From Smithellaceae bacterium (GTDB taxonomy: Bacteria > Desulfobacterota > Syntrophia > Syntrophales > Smithellaceae): a DNA stretch of 63,365 bases. Of the stretch, positions 9,139 to 19,629 are shown in pieces; within the stretch, counting starts at the first letter, position 1, and each line of letters begins with the position of its first letter. The notes beneath the pieces are model-generated. The model did not search any database. It was not told the origin of the DNA and was given only the letters and a program-made list of their open reading frames with translations. A program made the translations under genes and the position numbers. The stretch lies in contig DAOTJI010000004.1 of NCBI GenBank assembly GCA_035448625.1, forward strand, positions 1-63,365, read 5' to 3'.

Positions 9139-10245
9139 TTACGTCCTCTGCGTGGAGATGTTCAGTAAAATCCCCACCGTTATCATGCTCATCACAAACG
9201 AAGAGCCGCCGTAGCTTAAGAAAGGAAGCGCCAGCCCCTTCAAGGGGATGAGCCCCATCACCCCCGCGATGTTGATGAACGCCTGCAGCGCAATCAGCAT
9301 CGTCAGCCCGGCGGCGAGCAGCGTGCCGAAGAGATTTGGCGCCCGAAAAGCGATCATGAAACCCCGCAGCACAAAGAAAATGAACAGGACAAGGATGAGG
9401 GCCACGCCGATAAAGCCGCTTTCCTCCGCGATCACCGCCAGGATGAAGTCCGTATGCGGCTCCGGCAGATAAAACAGCTTCTGCATGCCGTCGCCGATGC
9501 CCTGCCCCGTCACGCCGCCCGATCCGAAGGAAATCAGCGACTGGATAAGCTGGAAGCCCGTGTTGTCCGCGTCTTTCCACGGATCGAGAAACGCCGTCAG
9601 CCGTGCCATCCGGTATCCCTTGCTCATGATCAGCCAGACGCCCACGGGAATAAAAGCCGCACCCAGAAACATCAGGTGGGTGATCCGGGAACCGGCCAGC
9701 GACAGCATCAACAGCAGAATCGACATGATGATGACGACCGTGCCGAAATCCGGTTGAAGAATGATCAGCCCCATGACCACGGCCGTCACCGAAAGGGGAA
9801 TCAGAACGCCCCGGCTGAATTTCTTCAAATGGTGCACCTTCCGCGTCAGCAGATGCGCCAGGAAAAGCACCATGGCCACTTTGACCAGTTCGGTCACCTG
9901 AAAGGAAAACACGACCAGGTTGAGCCAGCGCGTCGCGCCGCCGCGCTTCACGCCGACATGCGGAATCAACAGCAGCCCGAGCAGGATCACGGAGACGATC
10001 ACGCCGGGATACGCCGCTTTCTTCAGCTGCTCGTAAGGAATCCGGGTCATGACGATCATCATCACCAGGCCGGCAAACACAAAAAACAAATGCTTCTTGA
10101 GAAAAAATTGCCCGTCTTTGAATTTTTCCATCGCCAGAATGGAGCTCGACGAATAAATCATCGCCGTGCCCACGGTCACCAGAATCAAGGTGACCATCAA
10201 AAGAATGACATCCGGCGTGTTGGCTTCTTTCCCGACATTGTCCAT
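9139..10245 (-). CDS. ftsW: SEDS-family peptidoglycan polymerase FtsW
   Basis: Polytopic membrane protein with FtsW/RodA/SpoVE-type sequence, dcw position. The ATG directly abuts the murD stop (TGAATG). Confidence 0.92.
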   Translation of the reverse strand: MDNVGKEANTPDVILLMVTLILVTVGTAMIYSSSSILAMEKFKDGQFFLKKHLFFVFAGLVMMIVMTRIPYEQLKKAAYPGVIVSVILLGLLLIPHVGVKRGGATRWLNLVVFSFQVTELVKVAMVLFLAHLLTRKVHHLKKFSRGVLIPLSVTAVVMGLIILQPDFGTVVIIMSILLLMLSLAGSRITHLMFLGAAFIPVGVWLIMSKGYRMARLTAFLDPWKDADNTGFQLIQSLISFGSGGVTGQGIGDGMQKLFYLPEPHTDFILAVIAEESGFIGVALILVLFIFFVLRGFMIAFRAPNLFGTLLAAGLTMLIALQAFINIAGVMGLIPLKGLALPFLSYGGSSFVMSMITVGILLNISTQRT

Positions 10246-11580
10246 TCACAGACTCCCGACCACTTCCTTGAAATGATTCCCCCGCTCCCGGTAATCGGCA
10301 AATGCGTCAAAGCTTGCGCATCCCGGCGACAGGAGCACAATGTCTCCGGGGGCGGCGTCCCGGTAAGCCCGGAGGACGGCTTCTCTCAGCGTCGCTTCCT
10401 TCGCGATCGGCGTCGTTTTGCCCAGCTGCGGCTCAATCCGGTCGCGCGCTTCGCCGAACAGGACGACCTGTTTGGTTTTGGCACCCAAGAGCGGCTTGAG
10501 CGCCTCGAAATTTCCGTCCTTGTCCCGTCCGCCCAAGAGCAGAATCACCGGCGATGAAAAGGTCTTAAGCGCCCGCACGACGGCGTCGACATTGGTCCCC
10601 TTGGAGTCGTCATAAAAGGCAACCGCGTGCTTTTCTCCGGCAAATTCAATCCGGTGCGGCAGGCCCCGAAACGCCGATACCGCCGCCACGATGCTCTCCA
10701 TCGAACAGCCGCAGAAGCGGGCCACCGCCACGGCCGCCATGACATTCTCCACGTTGTGCAGACCGGGAAGGTGGATCATGCCGAGCGGATATCGCTCCTC
10801 GAGTCCGCCCGGCCGTCGGTACGCCACGACGTCGTCCTCCAGGGAAAGCCCCGCCCCAAGCGGGCGGACGGAGCTGAACCGGACCACCGCGGCCCGCATC
10901 GCCCGATCCAAACCTTCCTGATAAGGATCTTCGGCGTTCAGAACCGCCAGATCGTTTTCGCGCTGGTTTTCAAAAATTCTTCCTTTGATGCGGCGGTACT
11001 CTTCGAAGGTTCCGTGGTAGTTGACGTGATCGCAGGTAATGTTGAGCAGAATCGCGGCCTGCGGGCGAAACGTTTCGACCCACTGAAGCTGGAAGCTGCT
11101 GATTTCGGCGACGATGAAATCGTCCGTCTGCGCGGTGGCGGCGTATTCGATCAGGGGATTCCCGATGTTGCCGCCGACGAATACTTTTTTCCCGGCGCGC
11201 GACAGAATCTCGCCCAGCAGCGTGGTGGTGGTGGTTTTCCCGTTGGTGCCCGTCACGGCGAGGATCGGCACGCGGATGAACCGGTAGGCGAGCTCGATCT
11301 CGCTCAAGATCGGAATCTTCTTTTGGTGCGCCGCCGTCAGAATCGGATGGCGGGGGGGAATCCCCGGAGACGGCACCACCAGGTCCACGCCGTCCAGAGA
11401 CGTCTCGTCATAGCGTCCGACGGCAAGCCACGGCCCGGCTTCAAACTGAGCACCCCAATGATCCTGAGGCTTCTCGTCGACCGCCACAACATCGGCTCCG
11501 CTCGCGCCCAGAAACAAGGCGACGGCCTTCCCCGTTTTTCCCATGCCGATCACGGCTATTTTCTTGCCCGCCAGTTGCAT
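10246..11580 (-). CDS. murD: UDP-N-acetylmuramoylalanine--D-glutamate ligase MurD
   Basis: GMGKTGKA Rossmann N-terminus and the Mur ligase P-loop GTNGKTTTTTL. Confidence 0.95.
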   Translation of the reverse strand: MQLAGKKIAVIGMGKTGKAVALFLGASGADVVAVDEKPQDHWGAQFEAGPWLAVGRYDETSLDGVDLVVPSPGIPPRHPILTAAHQKKIPILSEIELAYRFIRVPILAVTGTNGKTTTTTLLGEILSRAGKKVFVGGNIGNPLIEYAATAQTDDFIVAEISSFQLQWVETFRPQAAILLNITCDHVNYHGTFEEYRRIKGRIFENQRENDLAVLNAEDPYQEGLDRAMRAAVVRFSSVRPLGAGLSLEDDVVAYRRPGGLEERYPLGMIHLPGLHNVENVMAAVAVARFCGCSMESIVAAVSAFRGLPHRIEFAGEKHAVAFYDDSKGTNVDAVVRALKTFSSPVILLLGGRDKDGNFEALKPLLGAKTKQVVLFGEARDRIEPQLGKTTPIAKEATLREAVLRAYRDAAPGDIVLLSPGCASFDAFADYRERGNHFKEVVGSL

Positions 11581-11587
11581 GCTTCCT

Positions 11588-12667
11588 CTACCGCAATTTC
11601 AGGGTGCTGATCGCCACCAGCGCCAGCAGAATCGAAATGATCCAAAACCGGACGATGACCTTCGATTCCGCCCAGCCCTTGAGTTCAAAATGATGATGAA
11701 TCGGCGCCATCCGGAAAATCCTTTTCCCGCCCGTCAGCTTGAAATACCCGACCTGGAAAATGACGGAAAATGTCTCCATCACGAAAACCCCGCCGACAAT
11801 CGCCAGCAGAATTTCCTGCTTGGTGATGAGCGCCACGGTCCCCAGCGCGCCGCCCATGGACAGGGATCCGACATCCCCCATAAAAATTTCCGCCGGGTGG
11901 GCGTTAAACCACAGAAAGCCCAGCGCCGCACCCATGAACGCTCCGCAGAACACCGACAACTCGCCCGCGCCGGGCACATAGGGAATCTGCAGATAATGCG
12001 CGACCTTGATGTTGCCGGCGAAATAGGCAAACAGCAGATACGTCGCGAAGCAGATGCCCGCGGGCCCGGTGGCCAGGCCGTCGAGGCCGTCCGTCAGATT
12101 CACGGCGTTGGCCGCACCCACGATGATGAAAACGCAAAGCAGGACGTAGCCCCAGCCCAGATTGGGCAAAACCGTCTTGAAAAACGGAATCGTCACCTGC
12201 GAACTGAATCCCGGTTTGAAGTACAACACGACGCCGACAAACAGGGCGATGACGATTTCCCCGGCGAGCCTCGTTTTCCCGGACAGACCCCGGGAGTTTT
12301 TGCCGGCCAGTTTCCGGTAATCATCCAGGAAACCGATCAGGCCGAAACCGACGGTGACCAGCAGCACAAGCCAGATATACACCACGGAAAGGTTCGCCCA
12401 CAGCATTGTGGCGACGGTCACCGCCATGATGATCAGCATGCCGCCCATCGTCGGCGTGCCCTTCTTCACCAGGTGGGTTTTGGGCCCGTCCTCCCGGATC
12501 TGCTGATCGATCTGCAATCTCTGCAGTCTTTCGATAAACCACTTCCCCAGGAGCAGACAGATCAACAGAGCCGTGATGGAGGCGAAGATGGTCCTGAACG
12601 TGATGTACCGGAACACGTTGAAGGATGAAAACACCGTGTGCAGAGGATATAAAAATTCGTAAATCAT
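11588..12667 (-). CDS. mraY: Phospho-N-acetylmuramoyl-pentapeptide transferase MraY
   Basis: Ten-TM glycosyltransferase family 4 with [13 protein letters not shown] and APIHHHFE motifs. Confidence 0.96.
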   Translation of the reverse strand: MIYEFLYPLHTVFSSFNVFRYITFRTIFASITALLICLLLGKWFIERLQRLQIDQQIREDGPKTHLVKKGTPTMGGMLIIMAVTVATMLWANLSVVYIWLVLLVTVGFGLIGFLDDYRKLAGKNSRGLSGKTRLAGEIVIALFVGVVLYFKPGFSSQVTIPFFKTVLPNLGWGYVLLCVFIIVGAANAVNLTDGLDGLATGPAGICFATYLLFAYFAGNIKVAHYLQIPYVPGAGELSVFCGAFMGAALGFLWFNAHPAEIFMGDVGSLSMGGALGTVALITKQEILLAIVGGVFVMETFSVIFQVGYFKLTGGKRIFRMAPIHHHFELKGWAESKVIVRFWIISILLALVAISTLKLR

Positions 12668-12681
12668 TTTTTTCTCCCGCC

Positions 12682-15645
12682 TTACAGGGCCGTGGGGTCC
12701 TCGGCCTTTTCAACGCCGATTTCTTCGCCCAGCCTCGCCGCCAGCCGTTCCATCTTCATCCGCCGTGATCCTTTTACCAGAACCCAGTCTCCTTTGCGCA
12801 GCTTCTTCTTCAAAAAAGCCACGGCTTCCTCATCCTCCTGCAACATCCGAATCCGTTCTTCGGCCAGCCCGCCCTCCAGCGCGCCCGCGGCCGTCGCGCG
12901 CGCGAAATCCCCCTGAAGAAAGACCGCCGCCACGCCGATCGTCGCCAAAAGCAGGCCGATCTTGCGGTGCATCTCCTGCGCGGCGTCGCCCAGTTCCAGC
13001 ATGTCGCCCAGCAGTACAAAAGCACTGTGCGAATTCGCCAGGTCCTTGAGCGTCAGCAGGGCCTCCCGCACCGACGCGGGATTGGCATTGTAGGCGTCAT
13101 TGATCAGGTAGGCGCCGTTTTGCAGACGCAGGATCTCCATGCGTCCGGCGACCGGATGAAACATCGACAAACCCCGCCGGATCGACTCGGCACTGACGCC
13201 GCAGGCCAATGCCCCGGCGGCGGCGGCCATGGCGTTGTATATGTTGTGAATGCCCGCGACCTTCATGTCCACCTTGTGCGCCTTCCCGTTCATCAGAAGC
13301 TGAAAGCTCACCCCCCGGGCGCCGTTTTTGCGAATGTCGTTCACGCCGACATCGGCGCCGGCGCTCATGCTGAAGGTCACGCGCTTTCCGTTCCAGCGGT
13401 CGGCCGCTTCGCGCACCGCCCCGTCGTCCAGATTCACGACGGCGACGCCGGCCGGATTCATGTGCAGCCACAAATCGCCCTTTTCCTCCCGCACGGTTTC
13501 CACCGAGCCGAATCCCGCCAGATGCGCGGGTCCGACGTTCGTGATGAGGCCGATGTCGGGGGCGGCGATCTCCGTCAGCCTTTTGATTTCGCCTCGCGTG
13601 TTGGTTCCCATTTCAAGAACGGCCGCGTCGTGCCGGTCCGTCATCCGGAAAAGCGTCTGCGGAAGACCGATCAGGTTGTTCAGGTTCCCCTCCGTCTGGA
13701 GAACCGTTTTCTCCTGCCGCAGAATCGAAAAAAGCATTTCACGGGTGGTGGTCTTTCCCGACGACCCGGTCAGCGCGATGACGGGAATGGAAAAACGCCG
13801 GCGGTGCGCATGGGCCAGGTCTCCCAGCGCCCGGAGCGTGTCCGCCGTTTCTATGACCGCGACCCGGCGGGGCAGCGATTCCGAATTGATTCTGCCCGCG
13901 TCGGCCACCAGGACGCATTGGGCTCCTTCTTCAACGGCCCGGGGAACGAAGGCGTGTCCGTCAAAGTTTTCCCCGGCAAGAGCGACAAACAGATTGCCCG
14001 GACGGATCTGTCTGGAATCGGTGGAAACGCCGTAAACGGCTTGATCACGTTCCCCCGCCGCCAGGCGACCGCCCGTCGCTTCCAGCACCTCGGCCAGCGA
14101 AAACGCAGGCGACATCCAGGCCGGCCATTTCAACCGCAAGGCACGCGCGGCGGCCAGCCGGTCGTCAAACGGGACTTTTTTCGTTCCCAGGATCTGATAA
14201 TCTTCATGGCCCTTTCCGGCAATCAGAACGATATCCTGCGGCAGGGCGATTCCGACGGCGGCTTCGATCGCGGCCCTCCGGTCGGCCAGCACCGCGTAGG
14301 CATGTGCGGCGGCGTCCCACTCCAGGCGGTCCGGCGGCACCTTCTGAATGCTGGCCCCGTCGATCCCCGCTTCAATTTCACGAATGATGTCCAGCGGATC
14401 TTCCTTCCTGGGATTGTCGGACGTGACAATCGTCAGGTCGCTCCATGCCGTCGCGATCCCTCCCATCACCGGCCTTTTGGCGCGGTCGCGGTTGCCGCCG
14501 CATCCGAAAACCGTTAGGATTCTTTTTTCCTTCAACCCGTGCAGACTTCGGAGCACCTGTTCCAGGGCGTCCGGCTTGTGGGCATAGTCGACAAAAACAT
14601 GAACACCGCCCGAAGGGACGACCCTTTCCAGGCGGCCGGGAACAAACGAAAGATTCCGTACGCCTTCCGCAATGGCCCGGGGTCCCGCCCCCAGAACCGA
14701 CGCGGCGGCGGCGGCGGCCAGAATGTTGGACAGGTTGAATGCGCCGATCAGCGCGGAGGTCACCGGAATTCTCTCCCCATCCAGAAGAAGGTCCGCCTGA
14801 ATGCCGCCCAGGGTGACGACCGGATTCTGCGCCCTCACGCCACCGTCCTGCTCGAGGCTGTAAGAAAGAGCCGGAACCGAAATTTCGCAAAGCAGCTGCC
14901 TCCCCCGGGGATCGTCCGCGTTGATCACGGCTTTTCGCGGAAGGTTTTTTTGACTTTGCGAAAGCAGTTCGGCAAACAATCTCTTTTTCGCCCGGTAATA
15001 CGCTTCCATGTCCCGATGGTAATCCAGGTGCTCCGGACTGAGATTGGTAAAAACGGCCAGATCAAAATCGCAGTCGTCGACCCGCTTCAGGTCCAGCGCG
15101 TGCGACGAAACCTCGGCAATCACATGCGTGACCCCTGCGCCGGCCATCTCGCTCAGGATTCTCTGCATGTCGAAGGACTCCGGCGTCGTGTTCGGAGCGG
15201 GAAACTGCCTGCCGCCGTATCGGTAATTGATGGTTCCCAGAACGCCGCAGGAAAAGCCGGCGGCCGTCAGGACGGATTCCAGCAGGTAGGAGACGGTGGT
15301 CTTCCCGCTGGTTCCCGTGATGCCGATCAGCGTCAGGCGGGAGGACGGATCCCCGAAATAATTTTTTGCAAGCATCCCCAGCGCGCGGCGGCTGTCGGGC
15401 ACCTGAATGGCCTTTACCCCCTCGGGAACCACGATGTCTTTCTGATGAACGATGAAACGCGCGCCCCGCTCGATGGCCCGGTTGATAAATTGGTGACCGT
15501 CAAAGGCAAGGCCCGGAATCGCCACAAAAAGCGACCCCGGGCCGCACGCGTCTGCGACATAGCAAACCGATGAAACATCGCCTTTCGGATCCGTTTCCGT
15601 TTGAAGTGTCCGGACTCCCTGCAGTAATCGACGAAGTTGCATCAT
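12682..15645 (-). CDS. murE-murF: Fused MurE (residues 1-510) and MurF (residues 511-987) Mur ligases in one ORF
   Basis: Two complete Mur-ligase units, each with its own P-loop ([10 protein letters not shown] and [10 protein letters not shown]). The junction reads ...[25 protein letters not shown], with the Met codon at 14115, and there is no stop between the halves. Confidence 0.93.
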   Translation of the reverse strand: MMQLRRLLQGVRTLQTETDPKGDVSSVCYVADACGPGSLFVAIPGLAFDGHQFINRAIERGARFIVHQKDIVVPEGVKAIQVPDSRRALGMLAKNYFGDPSSRLTLIGITGTSGKTTVSYLLESVLTAAGFSCGVLGTINYRYGGRQFPAPNTTPESFDMQRILSEMAGAGVTHVIAEVSSHALDLKRVDDCDFDLAVFTNLSPEHLDYHRDMEAYYRAKKRLFAELLSQSQKNLPRKAVINADDPRGRQLLCEISVPALSYSLEQDGGVRAQNPVVTLGGIQADLLLDGERIPVTSALIGAFNLSNILAAAAAASVLGAGPRAIAEGVRNLSFVPGRLERVVPSGGVHVFVDYAHKPDALEQVLRSLHGLKEKRILTVFGCGGNRDRAKRPVMGGIATAWSDLTIVTSDNPRKEDPLDIIREIEAGIDGASIQKVPPDRLEWDAAAHAYAVLADRRAAIEAAVGIALPQDIVLIAGKGHEDYQILGTKKVPFDDRLAAARALRLKWPAWMSPAFSLAEVLEATGGRLAAGERDQAVYGVSTDSRQIRPGNLFVALAGENFDGHAFVPRAVEEGAQCVLVADAGRINSESLPRRVAVIETADTLRALGDLAHAHRRRFSIPVIALTGSSGKTTTREMLFSILRQEKTVLQTEGNLNNLIGLPQTLFRMTDRHDAAVLEMGTNTRGEIKRLTEIAAPDIGLITNVGPAHLAGFGSVETVREEKGDLWLHMNPAGVAVVNLDDGAVREAADRWNGKRVTFSMSAGADVGVNDIRKNGARGVSFQLLMNGKAHKVDMKVAGIHNIYNAMAAAAGALACGVSAESIRRGLSMFHPVAGRMEILRLQNGAYLINDAYNANPASVREALLTLKDLANSHSAFVLLGDMLELGDAAQEMHRKIGLLLATIGVAAVFLQGDFARATAAGALEGGLAEERIRMLQEDEEAVAFLKKKLRKGDWVLVKGSRRMKMERLAARLGEEIGVEKAEDPTAL

Positions 15646-15648
15646 CCC

Positions 15649-17643
15649 TCAGTTTTTCATCTCAAAAACCACTTTGCACAGGCGCTCCTCGCCCAGGTCC
15701 GAACCGGGCGCGGGGAACTGCTGCGTCGCCCAGCCGTTTCCGGATACCCGCAGCTCTATCGACCGGGACCTCGCCATTTTCAACGCCTCGCGAATGGTCA
15801 GGCCTTTGAAATCCGGCACGCGGGATTCGTCATCGATCCCGTTTTCAGCGACCGTCACGTCTTTCACCAGAGGCGCCGGGGCCGAAACCAGCTGCAGGCC
15901 CTTGACGGGCTGGGGTTCAAACGCGGGCGTTTCCCGAATATTCGTCTTGAAACAGTTGAGAATCTGCTCGCCGATGTTTTTGAACACCGGCGCGGCGGCC
16001 ACGCCGCCCCACTTGTCGCGTTGCGGTTCATCCAGCATCACCAGAATTGCCACTTGCGGATTATCCGAGGGGAAAAATCCGATAAAGGACGTCCGCACCT
16101 TCTCGGAGGAATAGACGCCGCGCGCAAAATCAAATTTCTGCGCGGTTCCGGTTTTCCCGGCCACGGGGACATTGACGATGTGGGCTCTCTTGCCCGTGCC
16201 GTCCTCGGCCCCCACCACGTCGGTCAGCATGACAGCCATGCGTCTGGCCGTTTCGGGAGAAATCACGCGGCGCACGGCTTCGGGGGCGAACATCTTGACG
16301 GGCTGGTTGTTCTTGTCGGTGAACCCCCGCACGATATAAGGTTTCATGAGAACGCCTCCGTTGGCAATTGCGGACAGTGCCGTGACGAGCTGAATGGCGG
16401 TGACCGAAATGCCCTGACCGAAGCCGATGTTGGTCGTATCCACGCGGGTCCAGCTTTTGACGGGACGCAAAACGCCCGCCGCCTCGCCGGAAAGGTCGAT
16501 TCCCGTCCGGGAGCCGAATCCGAATTTTGTAATGTAGGCATAAAACTTTTCCCGGCCGAGCTTTTCCGCGATTTTGGCGGAGCCGATATTGCTGGAGTAC
16601 TTGATGATTTCCCGTACGGTCAGATAACCGTGCTTTTTGTGGTTGGCTTCCCGGATCACCCGGTTGGCGACCTGATAATGCCCGTTTTCGCAGTAAAAGC
16701 GGTCCGATTCCCGGACGACTTTTTCTTCCAGGGCGGCGGCGACCAGAAAGGGCTTGAAGGTGGACCCGGGATCGAAGGAATCGGCGATGGCGCGGTTCCG
16801 CCAGGCCTCCGACGTCAGCCCATTGACGTTGTTGGGATTGAATGCTTTTTCATTGGCCATCGCCAGAATCTCTCCCGTTTTCGGATCCATGACGATCGCG
16901 ACGCCGCCTTTCGCCCCTTTCTCCAGCACGGCTTCCTTCAAGTGCGTTTCCACCAGATACTGGATCCGGCTGTCAACGGTCAGCACCAGATTGGTGCTTC
17001 CCTTTTTTTCGGAAGGATCCTGTTCGACGTGCACAAAGAGCTTTTTCCCCTTGGCGTCCCTGGCCCAGGTCAGTTTTTCCGGCGTTCCTTTCAAATACCG
17101 GTCGTATTTCCTTTCCAGCCCTTCCAGGCCCTCGGCGTCAAAACCGGAAAACCCGATCAAATGCGCCGCCAACGGCCCATTCGGATAAAAACGCTTCGGT
17201 TCCTTGATCAGAAAAATTCCCTCCAGGTTCGCGGCTTCCACCATCAGCGCCTGCTGGGAAGAAATTTTTCGGGCCAGCCAGCAGAAGCTCTTCGGCTCCG
17301 AAATCTTCTTCAGTACGGCCGATGAATCCATTTTCAGGAGGGGAGCGATTTCCCGCGACACTTTCGCCGGATCACTGATCCGGGTCGGATCCGCGCACAC
17401 GGACTCCGCCATCACCGACATGGCCAGCTTTTCGCCGTTGCGGTCATAAATCATGCCTCTTTCGGCATGAATGGAAAGCGTGGTCATGTGCTGGCGGTCG
17501 GCCAGTCTTTTCAATTTCTCGCCGGACAGGACCTGGAGCTGGAAAGCGCGGGACAGTAACGCGATGAACAGAATCAAAAAAATCGCCAAAATGCTGGCCA
17601 GCCGGAATTTCAGCCATTTTTTTGAGTCTGCCGCCATGGTCAC
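15649..17643 (-). CDS. ftsI: Division transpeptidase FtsI (class B PBP) with a C-terminal PASTA domain
   Basis: PBP dimerisation and transpeptidase regions (STFKP, SSN, KTGTA motifs). The last ~56 aa, VPDFKGLTIREALKMARSRSIELRVSGNGWATQQFPAPGSDL, look like a PASTA repeat. Confidence 0.93.
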   Translation of the reverse strand: MTMAADSKKWLKFRLASILAIFLILFIALLSRAFQLQVLSGEKLKRLADRQHMTTLSIHAERGMIYDRNGEKLAMSVMAESVCADPTRISDPAKVSREIAPLLKMDSSAVLKKISEPKSFCWLARKISSQQALMVEAANLEGIFLIKEPKRFYPNGPLAAHLIGFSGFDAEGLEGLERKYDRYLKGTPEKLTWARDAKGKKLFVHVEQDPSEKKGSTNLVLTVDSRIQYLVETHLKEAVLEKGAKGGVAIVMDPKTGEILAMANEKAFNPNNVNGLTSEAWRNRAIADSFDPGSTFKPFLVAAALEEKVVRESDRFYCENGHYQVANRVIREANHKKHGYLTVREIIKYSSNIGSAKIAEKLGREKFYAYITKFGFGSRTGIDLSGEAAGVLRPVKSWTRVDTTNIGFGQGISVTAIQLVTALSAIANGGVLMKPYIVRGFTDKNNQPVKMFAPEAVRRVISPETARRMAVMLTDVVGAEDGTGKRAHIVNVPVAGKTGTAQKFDFARGVYSSEKVRTSFIGFFPSDNPQVAILVMLDEPQRDKWGGVAAAPVFKNIGEQILNCFKTNIRETPAFEPQPVKGLQLVSAPAPLVKDVTVAENGIDDESRVPDFKGLTIREALKMARSRSIELRVSGNGWATQQFPAPGSDLGEERLCKVVFEMKN

Positions 17644-17987
17644 TTCCCTGTCTGCTTTAAAACAATCACCTGCGCAGCCGTGGGATAGGTCATCTGCAGC
17701 TGCGTGCGGGCAATGTCTTCGATTCTCTGCGGCGACTTGAGCATCGCCAGTTCCAGCTTCAATTTTTTCTGATCTTCCATCAGTTGCTCTTTGGTATGCA
17801 GGGCCGCGGCGACGTCATATTCCATTTGGGTCATCCGGATGTGCGATCCGACGTAAATCACTGCGACAAACATCATGACCAGCGCCACGACGATGAAGGC
17901 CGGATACTTCACGCCGAACGAAGCGGCGTCGGTTTCTTTCAGCAGCCGTCCCTGTGCCAGCGTCTGGGTTCCTGCCGTCTGCGCCAT
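17640..17987 (-). CDS. ftsL: Cell division protein FtsL
   Basis: 115-aa bitopic protein (one TM, then a coiled-coil-like segment) between rsmH and ftsI. Called from position and architecture. Confidence 0.7.
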   Translation of the reverse strand: MAQTAGTQTLAQGRLLKETDAASFGVKYPAFIVVALVMMFVAVIYVGSHIRMTQMEYDVAAALHTKEQLMEDQKKLKLELAMLKSPQRIEDIARTQLQMTYPTAAQVIVLKQTGK

Positions 17988-17988
17988 T

Positions 17989-18930
17989 TTAAATCCTTTC
18001 TGCCACGCGTAGTTTAGCGCTGCGGGCCCGCGGATTTCTCCGGATCTCCTCCGGAGACGGCGTCACTGCCTTGCGGGTTAAAACTTTCACGACGGCCTGC
18101 CGGTTACACACGCAGCGCGGAATGTCTTTGGGACATACACAGGACGCCGCCAGGTCAAGGAAGGTATGCTTGACCATCCGGTCTTCCAGGGAATGGAATG
18201 AAATCACCCCCAGACGACCGCCGGCCGAAAGAGCCGCGACGGCGGCGTGAATGCCTGAAGCCAAAGCGTCCAGCTCGCGGTTGACGGCGATCCGGATCGC
18301 CTGAAAGGTTCTGGTGGCGGGATGAATTTTCTGACGTTTCATGCTCTGCGGCATCACCTGCACGATCAACTGCGCCAGTTCCGCCGTGGTTTCGATCGGC
18401 GAAACCTGCCTCCTTTGGACGATTGCCCTGGCGATTCTCCCGGCCATCTTTTCTTCCCCGTACAACCGGATCACTTTTTCCAGCTCGGACGGCGTGAAAC
18501 CGTTGACAATATCGTAGGCGCGAATTTTGGCATCCCGGTCCATTCGCATATCCAGCGGCGCCGGCCGGCTGAAACTGAACCCTCTGTGCGCCGCATCCAG
18601 TTGATGAGAGGAAACCCCCAGATCCAAAATCACGCCGTCCACTTTTTCAATGTTGAGCCCTTCCAGCACCCTGGCCAGATCGGCAAAATTCCCCCTGACG
18701 AGTGTGACGCGCGATTGAAAGGAATCCAGCCTCTGCCGTGCGGCCGAGATCGCTTCCGCATCGCGATCGATCCCGATCAGGCGCGCCCCGGTGTTCTCCA
18801 GGATCGCATGGGCGTGTCCCCCCCCACCAATGGTGCCGTCCACGTAAACCCCGGTTTCCCTTATTGCCAGCCAGGACAGCACTTCCTCGCGCATTACCGG
18901 TTCATGGACAAAACCGGTCGCCATGGTCAT
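17989..18930 (-). CDS. rsmH: 16S rRNA (cytosine1402-N4)-methyltransferase RsmH (MraW)
   Basis: HEPVM N-terminus, [13 protein letters not shown] motif, dcw position. Confidence 0.95.
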   Translation of the reverse strand: MTMATGFVHEPVMREEVLSWLAIRETGVYVDGTIGGGGHAHAILENTGARLIGIDRDAEAISAARQRLDSFQSRVTLVRGNFADLARVLEGLNIEKVDGVILDLGVSSHQLDAAHRGFSFSRPAPLDMRMDRDAKIRAYDIVNGFTPSELEKVIRLYGEEKMAGRIARAIVQRRQVSPIETTAELAQLIVQVMPQSMKRQKIHPATRTFQAIRIAVNRELDALASGIHAAVAALSAGGRLGVISFHSLEDRMVKHTFLDLAASCVCPKDIPRCVCNRQAVVKVLTRKAVTPSPEEIRRNPRARSAKLRVAERI

Positions 18931-19373
18931 ATCCCCAGGCTTTCGGCGATCTCGTTATCCTTGTCTATTTTTTCGCCGGCTTCTTTGTTTCTTTCTTCAA
19001 ATTTTTCCTTGGGCCAGATTTCAATGTTTTTCAACATTCCCACCAGAACGATTTCTTTTTCCAGTCCGGCATATTCCCGCAGCGCCGGTGGAATCAGCAC
19101 ACGTCCCTGACCGTCCAGAGCGCAGTCCACCGCTCCGGACATAAAGAATCTTTGAAAATCACGAATTTTTTTGTCCAGAATGCGTCTCTTCAATACTTCT
19201 TCTTCGATGAGCAGCCATTCCGCGTAGGGGAACACGATTAAATACCCGTCCCAGTTCGTTATGACCATTTTGTTGTCATAATGCTCGGCAAAGGTTTCAC
19301 GGAACCTGGACGGGAAAATAATCCTTCCCTTTTCGTCGATCGTGTGATGATAATGCCCACGAAATACAGACAT
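18927..19373 (-). CDS. mraZ: Transcriptional regulator MraZ
   Basis: [19 protein letters not shown]-terminus and two SpoVT/AbrB-like halves. ATG 19373 has the RBS GGAGGTG. The longer 19418 start would run into the promoter/operator. Confidence 0.93.
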   Translation of the reverse strand: MSVFRGHYHHTIDEKGRIIFPSRFRETFAEHYDNKMVITNWDGYLIVFPYAEWLLIEEEVLKRRILDKKIRDFQRFFMSGAVDCALDGQGRVLIPPALREYAGLEKEIVLVGMLKNIEIWPKEKFEERNKEAGEKIDKDNEIAESLGI

Positions 19374-19386
19374 TACACCTCCCCCT

Positions 19387-19414
19387 CCACAATAAACCAC
19401 TTTACTCCACGTGG
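19387..19414 (-). promoter_or_regulatory. Predicted MraZ operator: three GTGG boxes in exact 10-bp phase
   Basis: Minus strand reads GGCCAC GTGGAGTAAA GTGGTTTATT GTGGAGGGGG. CCAC occurs on the plus strand at 19387-90, 19397-400 and 19407-10. The boxes sit between the -10 element and the mraZ ATG. Confidence 0.6.
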
Positions 19415-19417
19415 CCA

Positions 19418-19446
19418 ACTATAAAGAGGGAAAATCGCTTTGTCAA
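19418..19446 (-). promoter_or_regulatory. dcw (Pmra) sigma70 promoter: TTGACA-17 nt-TATAGT
   Basis: Minus strand: TTGACA at 19446..19441, a 17-nt spacer, TATAGT at 19423..19418, about 45 nt upstream of the mraZ ATG. Confidence 0.6.
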
Positions 19447-19629
19447 GAAAAAAGTAAATCTTTTTTGATTATCGAATAAGTTAATATCACTGGGAAAACG
19501 GGGAAAGCGCGCCGGTGGAGTCAGCCGGTTTGCAAAATCAGACGCACAGCACCGCCTAGACCGGCGAAAATCAAAAACGTTGTCTTAACAATAGATCAAT
19601 GATATTAGATAGATAAAAATCTGTTTTGA

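Noticed and set aside
9083-10249. 388-aa same-strand alternative-frame ORF over ftsW
   Set aside because: The 9139..10245 frame gives a coherent 10-TM SEDS protein. The alternative frame is Arg/Gly/Asp-rich and has no membrane segments.
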